Shown: positions 47,064 through 55,530 of the stretch, one piece after another
Layout of the letters: the number at the start of each line of letters is the position of its first letter
Numbering within the stretch: position 1 is the stretch's first letter
Assembly: GCA_037388885.1 (NCBI GenBank)
Contig: JARRJS010000038.1
Span: 5,515 to 69,514, forward strand
Length of the DNA: 64,000 nt
Origin: Gemmatimonadota bacterium
Lineage (GTDB): Bacteria > Gemmatimonadota > Gemmatimonadetes > Longimicrobiales > RSA9
Direction of reading: 5' to 3'
Position numbers and translations under genes: made by a program
Notes under the pieces: model-generated
Seen by the model: the letters and a program-made list of their open reading frames with translations, nothing else
Databases searched by the model: none
Told to the model about the DNA's origin: nothing

Positions 47064-47780
47064 TCAGAACGTAGCGACCGCCATATCCACCACATCGTCG
47101 ACACGCACAGTCTCCCGGGTCCAGAACGGCTCGCCGTAGGGTCGCCGGATCAGGGAGCCGTAATGCGCGCACTGTGCCAGGATCTGGTCGCGCAGGGGCC
47201 GCTCGCCTCCGAAGACCTCGCCCGCCCACGTCTTGCCTTCGAACTGCGAGTGGAAGGCGAAGATCGCCTCCAGCTTGCGGTCGACCTGGTCCGTGATGTC
47301 CACGACGAAGCGTGGCTGGCCCGCGTCTTCACGAAACGACGCAGCGTAGAGCACCTTGTGCGGCCGGTGCGGGTCACCGGGGATGTCGGCGTTTCGCAGG
47401 CCCGCCAGGAAACAGGCGTCGTACCCCAGCTCACTGGCCACGCGGTGGTCCGGGTGGCGTCCCTTCGGCCAGTGGAGGATCACGGTACGAGGTGCGAGCT
47501 CCCGCACCGCCGCCGCCACCGCTGCGCGCGTCGCGGGCGTGTTCTGGAGGGCGCCATCCGGCAGGCTGACGTTGCGACGCACGGACAGACCCAGGATGTC
47601 CGCCGCCTGCGCCGCTTCTCCGGCACGCAGCTCGGCCGAACCGCGCGTGCCCGTTTCCCCGCCTGTCAGGTCCAGCACGCCCGTGCGATAGCCCTGGTCA
47701 TTCGCCCGGATGAGTGTGCCGCCGCACAGTAGCTCGGCGTCGTCCGGGTGCGCGACGATGGCCAGCAGATCAACGCTCAT
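47064..47780 (-). CDS. bshB1: Bacillithiol biosynthesis deacetylase BshB1 (PIG-L family)
   Basis: AHPDDAELLCGG, DLTGGETGTRG, RHPDH, FHSQF and YGEPF motifs. Confidence 0.9.
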   Translation of the reverse strand: MSVDLLAIVAHPDDAELLCGGTLIRANDQGYRTGVLDLTGGETGTRGSAELRAGEAAQAADILGLSVRRNVSLPDGALQNTPATRAAVAAAVRELAPRTVILHWPKGRHPDHRVASELGYDACFLAGLRNADIPGDPHRPHKVLYAASFREDAGQPRFVVDITDQVDRKLEAIFAFHSQFEGKTWAGEVFGGERPLRDQILAQCAHYGSLIRRPYGEPFWTRETVRVDDVVDMAVATF

Positions 47781-49012
47781 TCGTAGCGGAGTGCTTCGAC
47801 GGGGTCCATGCGCGAGGCGCGCCATGCGGGCACCATGCCGAATGCGACGCCGGCGACCACGGCCATGAGAAGGGCCAGCAGAACCGCCCACAGCGGCACC
47901 GACGCCGGGATGGGCGTCAGGGTCTGGATCAGGAAGGCCAGACCTCCACCGAGCACCATGCCAAGCGCGCCGCCGGCGAGGGTGAGGGTGGTCGCTTCGA
48001 AGAGGAACTGCCACAGCACTTCGCGGCGCGTAGCGCCAATGGCTTTGCGGACGCCGATCTCGCGCGTCCGCTCCGTGACGGAGATCATCATGATGGCGAT
48101 GACGCCCACGCCGCCCACCAGCAGCGCGACGGCGGAAAGCCCGATCATCACGGCGAAGAACAGCGTCGTGATCCGATTGAACATGTCGAGCAGCGCCTGC
48201 TGCCGGATCACGGCGAAGTTGTTGGCCTGGGCCGGTCGAAGGCCGCGCATGGTACGCATGGCCGTGATGACCTCGTCCATGGCTTCGTTTTGCGTGGCGT
48301 CCGGCGCCGTCACCACGAGCGCACCCAGCATCCCGTCCCATGCCCCGAGCGACTTCAGGGCCGTGGTATAGGGGACGACGGCAAAGTTGTTCGCTGCCTC
48401 GCCGAAGATGTTCGCCTCCCGATCGAAGATGCCGATCACCTGGAACGGCAGGCCCCGGATCCGCACCAGGCGATTCAGCGGATCGAGCGACCCGTAGAGC
48501 TTGTCCGCCAGCGGCTTCGACAGGACGACCACCTGACGCGAGGATTTCACGTCCGACGGCAGGAAGTTGTGGCCGGCGCTGAACTTGCCCATGGTGAACT
48601 CGTCCCACCCCGCACTGTTCCCGGAGATGTGGATGCCGCTCACCGGTGCACCTATGGCCTGCATTTCTGCGTTCATGTCCAGGCTGGCAATAACCTGGCG
48701 TACCGCCGGCTGCGAGCGCAGGTGCTCGATCTCGTCCACCGTCACCTTGGGATTGTTCCCCCACGGCGGGCCGTGCTCGTTGGTGACGCGGACTTCGGAC
48801 ACGTCGTAGCGCATCAGCATGAAGTTCTTGGGGCCGGCCGCCTCGATGCCCGACAGCGCCTCCGACCGGATGCCCGTCACCATGGCGCTCATGGCCATCA
48901 CGGTCGCCACGCCGATCACCACGCCGAGAATGGTCAGGATGGAGCGGAACTTGTTCGCCCGCAATTGATCCAGCGCCAGCAGAATCCCTTCGCCCAGGTT
49001 CTCGATGCGCAT
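47777..49012 (-). CDS. MacB-like ABC transporter permease
   Basis: RSILTILGVVIGV, LLVGGVGVIAIMMISVTERTREIGVRKAIGA and PAWRASRMDPVEALRYE motifs. Confidence 0.93.
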   Translation of the reverse strand: MRIENLGEGILLALDQLRANKFRSILTILGVVIGVATVMAMSAMVTGIRSEALSGIEAAGPKNFMLMRYDVSEVRVTNEHGPPWGNNPKVTVDEIEHLRSQPAVRQVIASLDMNAEMQAIGAPVSGIHISGNSAGWDEFTMGKFSAGHNFLPSDVKSSRQVVVLSKPLADKLYGSLDPLNRLVRIRGLPFQVIGIFDREANIFGEAANNFAVVPYTTALKSLGAWDGMLGALVVTAPDATQNEAMDEVITAMRTMRGLRPAQANNFAVIRQQALLDMFNRITTLFFAVMIGLSAVALLVGGVGVIAIMMISVTERTREIGVRKAIGATRREVLWQFLFEATTLTLAGGALGMVLGGGLAFLIQTLTPIPASVPLWAVLLALLMAVVAGVAFGMVPAWRASRMDPVEALRYE

Positions 49013-49015
49013 GCG

Positions 49016-50257
49016 CTACTCCGCCCGCAGGGCCACGACGGGATCCAGGCGCGCCGCCCGGGAGGCGGGGTAGAGGCCCGCCAGCACGCCGACGCCCAGC
49101 CCCATCGCCGTCGCCAGAATGATGGACCACGGTGCAACCGAAGCTGGCAGCGGCGAGACCGCTGCGATGACCTTCGCCATGCCGAGGCCCAGGCTGATCC
49201 CGACCAACGCACCGAACCCGGAGAGCGCGCTCGATTCCACGAGCACCTGCATCAGGATGTCACGGCGCCTCGCCCCGACGGCCTTCCGCATGCCGATCTC
49301 CCGCGTCCGTTCCACGACCGACATGAGCATGATGTTCATGATCACCATGCCGCCGACGACCAGGGCGATACCCACCAGCCCCGGGAACGCGATGAACAGG
49401 ATATTGCTGATCTTCTTCCAGAAGGCCATCGACTCGTCCTTGGTCTCCACCACGAAGTCGTTGGCATGGGTGGGTCGCAGTCGGTGGCGCACCCGCATGA
49501 TGGCCTCGACCTGGTAGCGAGCGGTTTCCAGGGTCGTCGCGTCCCAGGTGCGGATCAAGATCTGGTCCACGATGCCGTGCGGATTCGTCATTCGGGCCAG
49601 GGGCGACCGGGCCGGTGCAATGGCACGATTATCGAGGGAAAAGCCGAAGATGGAGCCCTGGGGCTTGAGCACGCCGATAACGGTGAAGGGGAAGCTGTTG
49701 ATCCGGACCGTGCGACCGATGGGGTCCAGCGATCCGAACAGCTTGTTGGCGGTTTCCGAGCCCAGCACGACGACCGGCAATCCGGCCTCATCCTCCAGCG
49801 GGCCGAAGAGGCGGCCCCGGGAGACGTCGTATTCGCGAATCCGGAAGTAGTCCGCGGAGGCGGCGGTGAGCAGGACGTTCTCCACCTCCACGCCGCGCTC
49901 CGACTTGACCTGGCCCATGCTCTCGCTTTCCACGGCGACCAGGCCACCTACACGCAGCTGGTTCCGGATAGCGTCCGCGTCCGCCAGCTTCAAGCGGGGC
50001 CGACGTCGCCACGCTCGCCATTGCTCGCGGCTGGTGTTGATCTGGACCGAGGGGGTGCGGCGTACCGTGAGGGTGTTCAGCCCGTAAATCTTCCGGGCGA
50101 AGTCCACTTCCATGTAGTGGTTCATTCCCTGCACGATGGTGATGACTGCGATGAGGAACATCACGCCGATCACCACGCCGATCACGCCGAAGAAGCTCTT
50201 CAGCTTCTGGGCGCGAATCTGCTGGAATGCCAGTCGGATTGCCTCGCGGGGGCTCAT
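49016..50257 (-). CDS. MacB-like ABC transporter permease
   Basis: GVVIGV, VGGMVIMNIMLMSVVERTREIGMRKAVGA and PASRAARLDPVVALR motifs. Confidence 0.93.
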   Translation of the reverse strand: MSPREAIRLAFQQIRAQKLKSFFGVIGVVIGVMFLIAVITIVQGMNHYMEVDFARKIYGLNTLTVRRTPSVQINTSREQWRAWRRRPRLKLADADAIRNQLRVGGLVAVESESMGQVKSERGVEVENVLLTAASADYFRIREYDVSRGRLFGPLEDEAGLPVVVLGSETANKLFGSLDPIGRTVRINSFPFTVIGVLKPQGSIFGFSLDNRAIAPARSPLARMTNPHGIVDQILIRTWDATTLETARYQVEAIMRVRHRLRPTHANDFVVETKDESMAFWKKISNILFIAFPGLVGIALVVGGMVIMNIMLMSVVERTREIGMRKAVGARRRDILMQVLVESSALSGFGALVGISLGLGMAKVIAAVSPLPASVAPWSIILATAMGLGVGVLAGLYPASRAARLDPVVALRAE

Positions 50258-50258
50258 C

Positions 50259-50966
50259 TTACACCAGAACGTTCCGCTGTCCGTTCACTCTGTCGCTCTC
50301 GATTGCACCGTCGCGCAGCAGGATCGTGCGCCGCGCCTTCTGCGCGATTTCGTGCTCGTGCGTTACCAACACAATGGTCTGCCCCGATTCGTACAACTCT
50401 CCGAACAGCTGCATGATTTCCACGCCGGTCTGCGTGTCCAGGTTCCCCGTCGGCTCGTCGGCGAGGAGGATCGCCGGGCCGTTGACCAGCGCTCGGGCGA
50501 TGGCCACGCGCTGACGCTGTCCGCCGGACAGCTCGGCCGGTCGGTGCGTCATGCGGTCGGCCAACCCCACGCGCTCCAGCACGTGCTCCGCACGCTCGCG
50601 TCGCTCCTTGCGCGACTGTCCGCCGTAAATGAGCGGTAGCTCGACGTTGTGCAGCGCCGTCGCCCGCGGCAGCAGGTTGAAGGTCTGGAAAACGAAGCCG
50701 ATCTCGCGGTTCCGGATCTGGGCCAGCTGGTCGTCCGTGAGCTGCGAGACGGCCGTGCCGTTCAGCCAGTATTCGCCTTCGGATGCCGTGTCCAGGCAGC
50801 CGATCAGGTTCATGAGCGTCGACTTGCCCGAGCCGGACGGACCCATGATCGCGAGGTATTCGTTGCGCTGGACCTCGAGGTCGATGCCGCGCAGGGCGTG
50901 CACCGTCTCGGCGCCCAGAACGTAGTTTTTCTTCAGACCCTGGGTCCGGATCACCATCTCGTTCAT
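50259..50966 (-). CDS. ABC transporter ATP-binding protein (MacB/LolD type)
   Basis: [42 protein letters not shown] and VTHE motifs. Confidence 0.96.
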   Translation of the reverse strand: MNEMVIRTQGLKKNYVLGAETVHALRGIDLEVQRNEYLAIMGPSGSGKSTLMNLIGCLDTASEGEYWLNGTAVSQLTDDQLAQIRNREIGFVFQTFNLLPRATALHNVELPLIYGGQSRKERRERAEHVLERVGLADRMTHRPAELSGGQRQRVAIARALVNGPAILLADEPTGNLDTQTGVEIMQLFGELYESGQTIVLVTHEHEIAQKARRTILLRDGAIESDRVNGQRNVLV

Positions 50967-50970
50967 TCGC

Positions 50971-52257
50971 TCACCCTTCCCCTGCAGGGGCCCCCGCCTG
51001 ACCCGTGATACGGATCGCCTTGCCGTTCGTGAGGCTGCGGATGGCCTCGTACGGACCTGCCACGACGGTATCGCCTTCGGCCAGACCGTCCAGCACTTCG
51101 AAGTGTTCCTGCCCCGTGATGCCCACCTTCACCGGGACGAACGTCGCTTTGCCATCCCGTACCAGGAAGACGCCTTCCACGTCCTGATTGTTCGCGTCCA
51201 GATCAGCTGCAGCCGCCTGCGCCTCCGGCGTTTCCTGCGGCAGGGGTTCCACGTCCTTCTTCTCCCGCACCGTCAGCGCGATGATGGGGATGGACAGCGC
51301 ATTCGGTCGAACCGCCGTGACGATCTCCGCCGTGGCCGACAGGTCCGGTCGTAGGATGGGTGGCGGGCTGTCCAACGTGAGCACCACCTCGAAGTCCACT
51401 GCCGAGGACTGGTTGCTCAACGCATTGCGATCCTCGGGCGCCACCACGGAACTGTGGGCAATCTCCGTAACGTGACCGACAAATTCCCGCTTCGGGAAGG
51501 CGTCGATGAGGATCTTCGCGCTGTCGCCCAGCGCGATGGACGGCACGTCCGTCTCGTCTACCCGCACCACCGTTTCCATGTTGTTCATATCGCTGATGGT
51601 CAACAGCAGGCTGCGGGGGTTGGCCATCGTGCCGATGACCGCCGTCTCTCCTTCCTCCACGTTCAACCGCGTGATCACCCCGTCGATGGGCGCCCGGATC
51701 ACCGTTTTGCCGAGCTGGTCCTGGGCCTGCCGCAGCGCCGCGACAGACTGTTCGACCCCGTACTGCGCCGCCTCTTCCAGCGCCGCCTGTACACGGGCCT
51801 GCGTCTGCGCGTCCTCCAGCGCCTGCGGGCTCACCAGCGTCGAGTCCCGCTGGCGCATCTGCTGCGCCCGCGCGAGTGCCTGGTCCGCCTGCAGCTTCGA
51901 GGCCCGGGTCTGCGCCTCGCGCGCCCGCGCCGCGCTCACTGCCGCTTTCGCCTGCGCCACCGCCGCTTCGTATTGCGACGGGTCGATCCGCAGCAGTACG
52001 GCACCCCGCTTTACGACGTCGCCTTCCTTCACCCGCAGGGCCGTCACGCGGCCCATGATATCCGACTGCACGTCCACCGCGCGATGCGGGCGCACCCAGC
52101 CGCTGGCCCGGACCATCGCCACCAGGTCGCGGCGCGTCACCGGTTCCACCCGCACGGCGACCTCCGAGCCCGACCCGCTCTTCACCGCCGCGACAATGAT
52201 CGTGCCCAGCACGACGACAGCCAGCAGCAGCAGCACGACCTTCCGTCTCTTGCTCAT
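50971..52257 (-). CDS. Efflux periplasmic adaptor (MacA-like MFP)
   Basis: N-terminal TM, lipoyl halves (V.EGDVVKRG; IRAPIDGVI), helical hairpin, VDETD and GLAEGDTVV. Confidence 0.92.
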   Translation of the reverse strand: MSKRRKVVLLLLAVVVLGTIIVAAVKSGSGSEVAVRVEPVTRRDLVAMVRASGWVRPHRAVDVQSDIMGRVTALRVKEGDVVKRGAVLLRIDPSQYEAAVAQAKAAVSAARAREAQTRASKLQADQALARAQQMRQRDSTLVSPQALEDAQTQARVQAALEEAAQYGVEQSVAALRQAQDQLGKTVIRAPIDGVITRLNVEEGETAVIGTMANPRSLLLTISDMNNMETVVRVDETDVPSIALGDSAKILIDAFPKREFVGHVTEIAHSSVVAPEDRNALSNQSSAVDFEVVLTLDSPPPILRPDLSATAEIVTAVRPNALSIPIIALTVREKKDVEPLPQETPEAQAAAADLDANNQDVEGVFLVRDGKATFVPVKVGITGQEHFEVLDGLAEGDTVVAGPYEAIRSLTNGKAIRITGQAGAPAGEG

Positions 52258-53777
52258 CGTGAGCTCCCCTCATCCCGCAGTGGCTTGCCGACGGCTGAAT
52301 CGAGCGCCGAAAGCGCATCCTGATACGCATAGACCGCCAGCAGGTATGACTGGTCCGCCTGCGCCTTCAGCGTTTCCGCTTGCATGAGATCCACGAACGA
52401 ACTGGATCCCACCCGGTACTGCTCCCGCGCCAGTTGAAGCTGTTTGTCGGCCACATCGCTGTTCTTCTTCTCCATGCCGACCGCCCGGTACGCCGCTTGG
52501 AGGGTCAAGTACGCCGATTGGACCTGCGTCTTCAGCTGGAGCTGTTCCGCGTGCAGCCGGTACTGGGCATCCTCTCGGGCAACACGCGCCGCCTCGACCT
52601 GCCGCTGGCGCGACAGGCCCTGGAAGATGGGCAGCGAAATCTGCAGCTGAGCGGAGAACGGCTGATGCTCGAATTTGAACGGCCACACCCTGTTGGCATC
52701 CAGGATCTGCTGCTCGTCCGCCTGCGTCAGCACGTAGTTACTGCAGTCGGTGGGCAGGCCCGGTGGGGGCGTGGTGAACAGCGACGCGATCTGAAGTGAG
52801 AGCTCGCAGGTCTGCCGGGCGCTCTGCACCTGCGACCGGGCCTGGTTGATCAGGTACTGCGGGTCGCCCACCTGGCGCGTGAACCCGGACCAGCCGGCCG
52901 ACAGCGACAGGCTCGGGTAGTACGCCATCTTGGCCATGCGCACCCCCGCTTTCGCCGCATCGGCCGTGGCTTCCGCCGCGTGAAGCTGCGGATGATTCGC
53001 CAGCGCCATCTGGACCAGGCTGTCCGTGCTCCACGTCGGCTCGAATACCGGGAACTCCGTCGTCAGCTTCACGTCCGTGTTCAGCTCCACGCCGATCTGC
53101 TGCATCAGATTCAGCTTCTCGCCCTTCAGCTGTGTCTCTGCCTGCAACAGGTTCACTTCCGCCCGCCCACGCTGCACTTCCGCCTGCTGCGCTTCCAACT
53201 CGATCGCCGAGCCCACTTCCACCCGCGCCTGCGCGAGCTTCATGTTCTCTTCCGCGCTCTGCAGCTCCTGCTGCGCCAGCTCCACCGCGTCACGCGCCCG
53301 CAACACCGCCAGGTACTGCCCTTTCACCGCCGTCTCCAGCGACAATGCCGCGGCCTGGACGTTCGCTTCCGTTGCCCGACGATCCGCCTTCTTCTGACCC
53401 ACATTGAAAAAGGTCGCGCCCGACAACCGGTAGCCCAGGCCGATGGAATAGTTGGAGAAGTAGTACGACGGGCTGCGCGCCATGCCGATGTCGGCGCCCG
53501 TCAGGCTCCCGTACAACGCCGGACCCGATGCCTGGTACTGCAGTCCCCCGTTCAATGATGCCGACGGTAGCAGGGCACCGTACGCCGCCCTCACCGCCCA
53601 GTCCGCGTCGCCCTCGTTGTTCAGTTGCGCCAGGTAATCCGGATTGTTCTTCCGGGCAAGCGACACCGCCTCCTCCAACGACAATGTCGCCGGTTGCTGC
53701 GCACGCACAGCCCCCGCCGACGTCAGCAGTAGAAGCGTCACCCCCGCCGTCAACACACCGACATATCTGCTATACAC
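52254..53777 (-). CDS. TolC family outer membrane protein
   Basis: GTG with GAGAGG RBS, signal peptide AVRA|Q, LSLEEAVSLA..NP, YYPSLSL, LPIFQG and YRVGS motifs. Confidence 0.92.
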   Translation of the reverse strand: MYSRYVGVLTAGVTLLLLTSAGAVRAQQPATLSLEEAVSLARKNNPDYLAQLNNEGDADWAVRAAYGALLPSASLNGGLQYQASGPALYGSLTGADIGMARSPSYYFSNYSIGLGYRLSGATFFNVGQKKADRRATEANVQAAALSLETAVKGQYLAVLRARDAVELAQQELQSAEENMKLAQARVEVGSAIELEAQQAEVQRGRAEVNLLQAETQLKGEKLNLMQQIGVELNTDVKLTTEFPVFEPTWSTDSLVQMALANHPQLHAAEATADAAKAGVRMAKMAYYPSLSLSAGWSGFTRQVGDPQYLINQARSQVQSARQTCELSLQIASLFTTPPPGLPTDCSNYVLTQADEQQILDANRVWPFKFEHQPFSAQLQISLPIFQGLSRQRQVEAARVAREDAQYRLHAEQLQLKTQVQSAYLTLQAAYRAVGMEKKNSDVADKQLQLAREQYRVGSSSFVDLMQAETLKAQADQSYLLAVYAYQDALSALDSAVGKPLRDEGSSR

Positions 53778-53931
53778 CGCAGTCCTCTCTTCGCACTGTT
53801 CCCGGGTCCGGGGCCGGACAGGCCGCCCGCCGGGCGGCGGGCACTCCACGTCTGCTCGCCCCACCACTCGTGGTCCGTACGCCCCGCTCGCCACCTGGGT
53901 TTCAACCAGGTCCCGCCGGCTCGCCCCATAC

Positions 53932-53996
53932 GTCGTCTCGAAAGACGCACGCCTACAGCGAAACGCTGGCGGCCGGACATTTAGACAACGATCTAA
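53932..53996 (-). promoter_or_regulatory. ECF-like promoter motif plus palindromic operator upstream of the tolC/mac operon
   Basis: Minus strand CCAGCGTTTC-N11-GCGTCT...GACGAC (also found at 61123-61159); palindrome TTAGA-N6-TCTAA at 53981-53996. Confidence 0.5.
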
Positions 53997-54023
53997 TCGT
54001 TTGGAGCATCCGTCAATGGCGGC

Positions 54024-54716
54024 TCAGCCGGGCGGCGCGGCACGTTGCGCGATGAAGCCGCGATCGGGGACGGAGACGCGCAGGACACGGCCCTGATCGT
54101 CCGTCCAGAAGTGTTGCTCCCCGGAGCCGGCCGGCCGGAGTGTGTACTCGGTGGCGGCGATGGGACGGTTGTCGATCTGGATGGTGTCCTGGCCGTCGAC
54201 CTGGATGCGGGCGGTGGTCTGGCGGCTGCGACTGGGAACGATGAGCGTCAGGTTGGCGGTGGAGCTGGATCCCATCAAGGCGCGCAGGAAATAGTACTGG
54301 TGGGCGATACCGTCGTCGAGCAGGGCGGCGCGGCCCCGGATGAGGTACTCGCGCATCCGTTCGCCTTCGTGAGAAATGAAGCGGACAGTGAAGCGATCGC
54401 CGTCGGCACGGGCGAGGATGCGCTGTGCGGCGTCCCCCTGGACGACGAACTCGTACCCGGTGGGTCGCGGTGGGTTGCCCTGTAGCTGGAGGGATGTCCT
54501 GATCTCCTGCGCGCCGTTATCGCGCACGATGCGGCTGCTGGCAACGATGCTGGCGCCTGGTTCGCTACCAATGCGCCGGATGGCGAACCGTTCGGTGCCG
54601 ACCCGTTGGCCATTGACCGAGATATCGAAGCTGCCCTGGTCGAGCGTGGTGCTCTGTGCGGAAAGGGCGGCGGGCATCAGGGCGAGGATCAGCGGGATCC
54701 AGGATTTTGCGAGCAT
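54024..54716 (-). CDS. Exported beta-rich hypothetical protein (DUF3108/DUF6134-like)
   Basis: RBS AAGGGAGG, signal peptide ALSA|Q, VGTERF and C-terminal FWTDDQGRVLRV. Confidence 0.7.
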   Translation of the reverse strand: MLAKSWIPLILALMPAALSAQSTTLDQGSFDISVNGQRVGTERFAIRRIGSEPGASIVASSRIVRDNGAQEIRTSLQLQGNPPRPTGYEFVVQGDAAQRILARADGDRFTVRFISHEGERMREYLIRGRAALLDDGIAHQYYFLRALMGSSSTANLTLIVPSRSRQTTARIQVDGQDTIQIDNRPIAATEYTLRPAGSGEQHFWTDDQGRVLRVSVPDRGFIAQRAAPPG

Positions 54717-54781
54717 GTCACCTCCCTTGGTGCGTAGCATGGGACTACCCCCGGCGGGGGCCGATGTTCGCAGTTCCGGGG

Positions 54782-55504
54782 TCACAAGGTGTCTGAATCC
54801 CGGTCTTCCGGGCGGAAGAATACGGCCTTTTGGATGGCGGCCAGCATGCGGTCGTAGATGAGGCGACCGGTGTCGGGCGCGGCGCGGGTAGGCGTGCCGA
54901 CGGAGCCGGGTCCGCCGTCGATGGGCGGTGTACTTCGTGTGTCGGTGTTTGCCGGGAAGTCCCGAGCGCGGTCCATGTGCACGAGTGTGGGAAACAGGTG
55001 TAGCATGAGAGACGTTTCGGCCTCGCCCGCGTACTCCGGGCCTGCGGTGCTGACGAGGTCGCCGATGTCGACATCCCAGAAATCGACGACGCGCACGCGT
55101 GCGTAATCGGTAACGAGAGTGGAGAGGGCTTCCAGGTGTGAGCGGTGCCTGTGCCCGGTGATGAGGATAAATTCGCTTACGCCGTGAGCTTCCCACGAAG
55201 CTAGGAGCTCGTTGAGAGCGCGGTGCAGCGTCTTGCGATGGAGGCCCGCGGTGCCGGCGAAGGTGCGGGGCATGGTGTGGTTCACGCCGAAATGGAACGC
55301 GGGAGCGCGGAGGATGTCATGCTCCCGGGACAGGTCGTTGCACATGCGGTCGGCGATGCGAACGTTGGTTCCGAGGGGCAGGTGGGGTCCGTGCTGCTCG
55401 AGAGCGCCGACGGGGATGAGGAGGCGTGGGTCGCGGGCAAGGTGGGCGGCGACATCCACCCAGCTGAGGTCTTCGAGACAGAGAGTGCTCATGAGTTGGC
55501 TCAT
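54782..55504 (-). CDS. Creatininase-family protein with altered active-site motifs
   Basis: LEDLSW, PVGALEQHGPHLPLGTN, ITGH, YAGEAETS and GSVGTP motifs. Confidence 0.85.
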   Translation of the reverse strand: MSQLMSTLCLEDLSWVDVAAHLARDPRLLIPVGALEQHGPHLPLGTNVRIADRMCNDLSREHDILRAPAFHFGVNHTMPRTFAGTAGLHRKTLHRALNELLASWEAHGVSEFILITGHRHRSHLEALSTLVTDYARVRVVDFWDVDIGDLVSTAGPEYAGEAETSLMLHLFPTLVHMDRARDFPANTDTRSTPPIDGGPGSVGTPTRAAPDTGRLIYDRMLAAIQKAVFFRPEDRDSDTL

Positions 55505-55530
55505 GGTTCATCCCACGACGAGGACGTGCG

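Noticed and set aside
47714-50416. 900-aa plus-strand ORF, and similar long antisense ORFs (e.g. 1018-2976, 28474-30540, 59006-60703)
   Set aside because: They lie opposite well-supported genes, are Arg/Pro/His/Gly-rich and motif-less, and are typical shadow ORFs of high-GC codon usage
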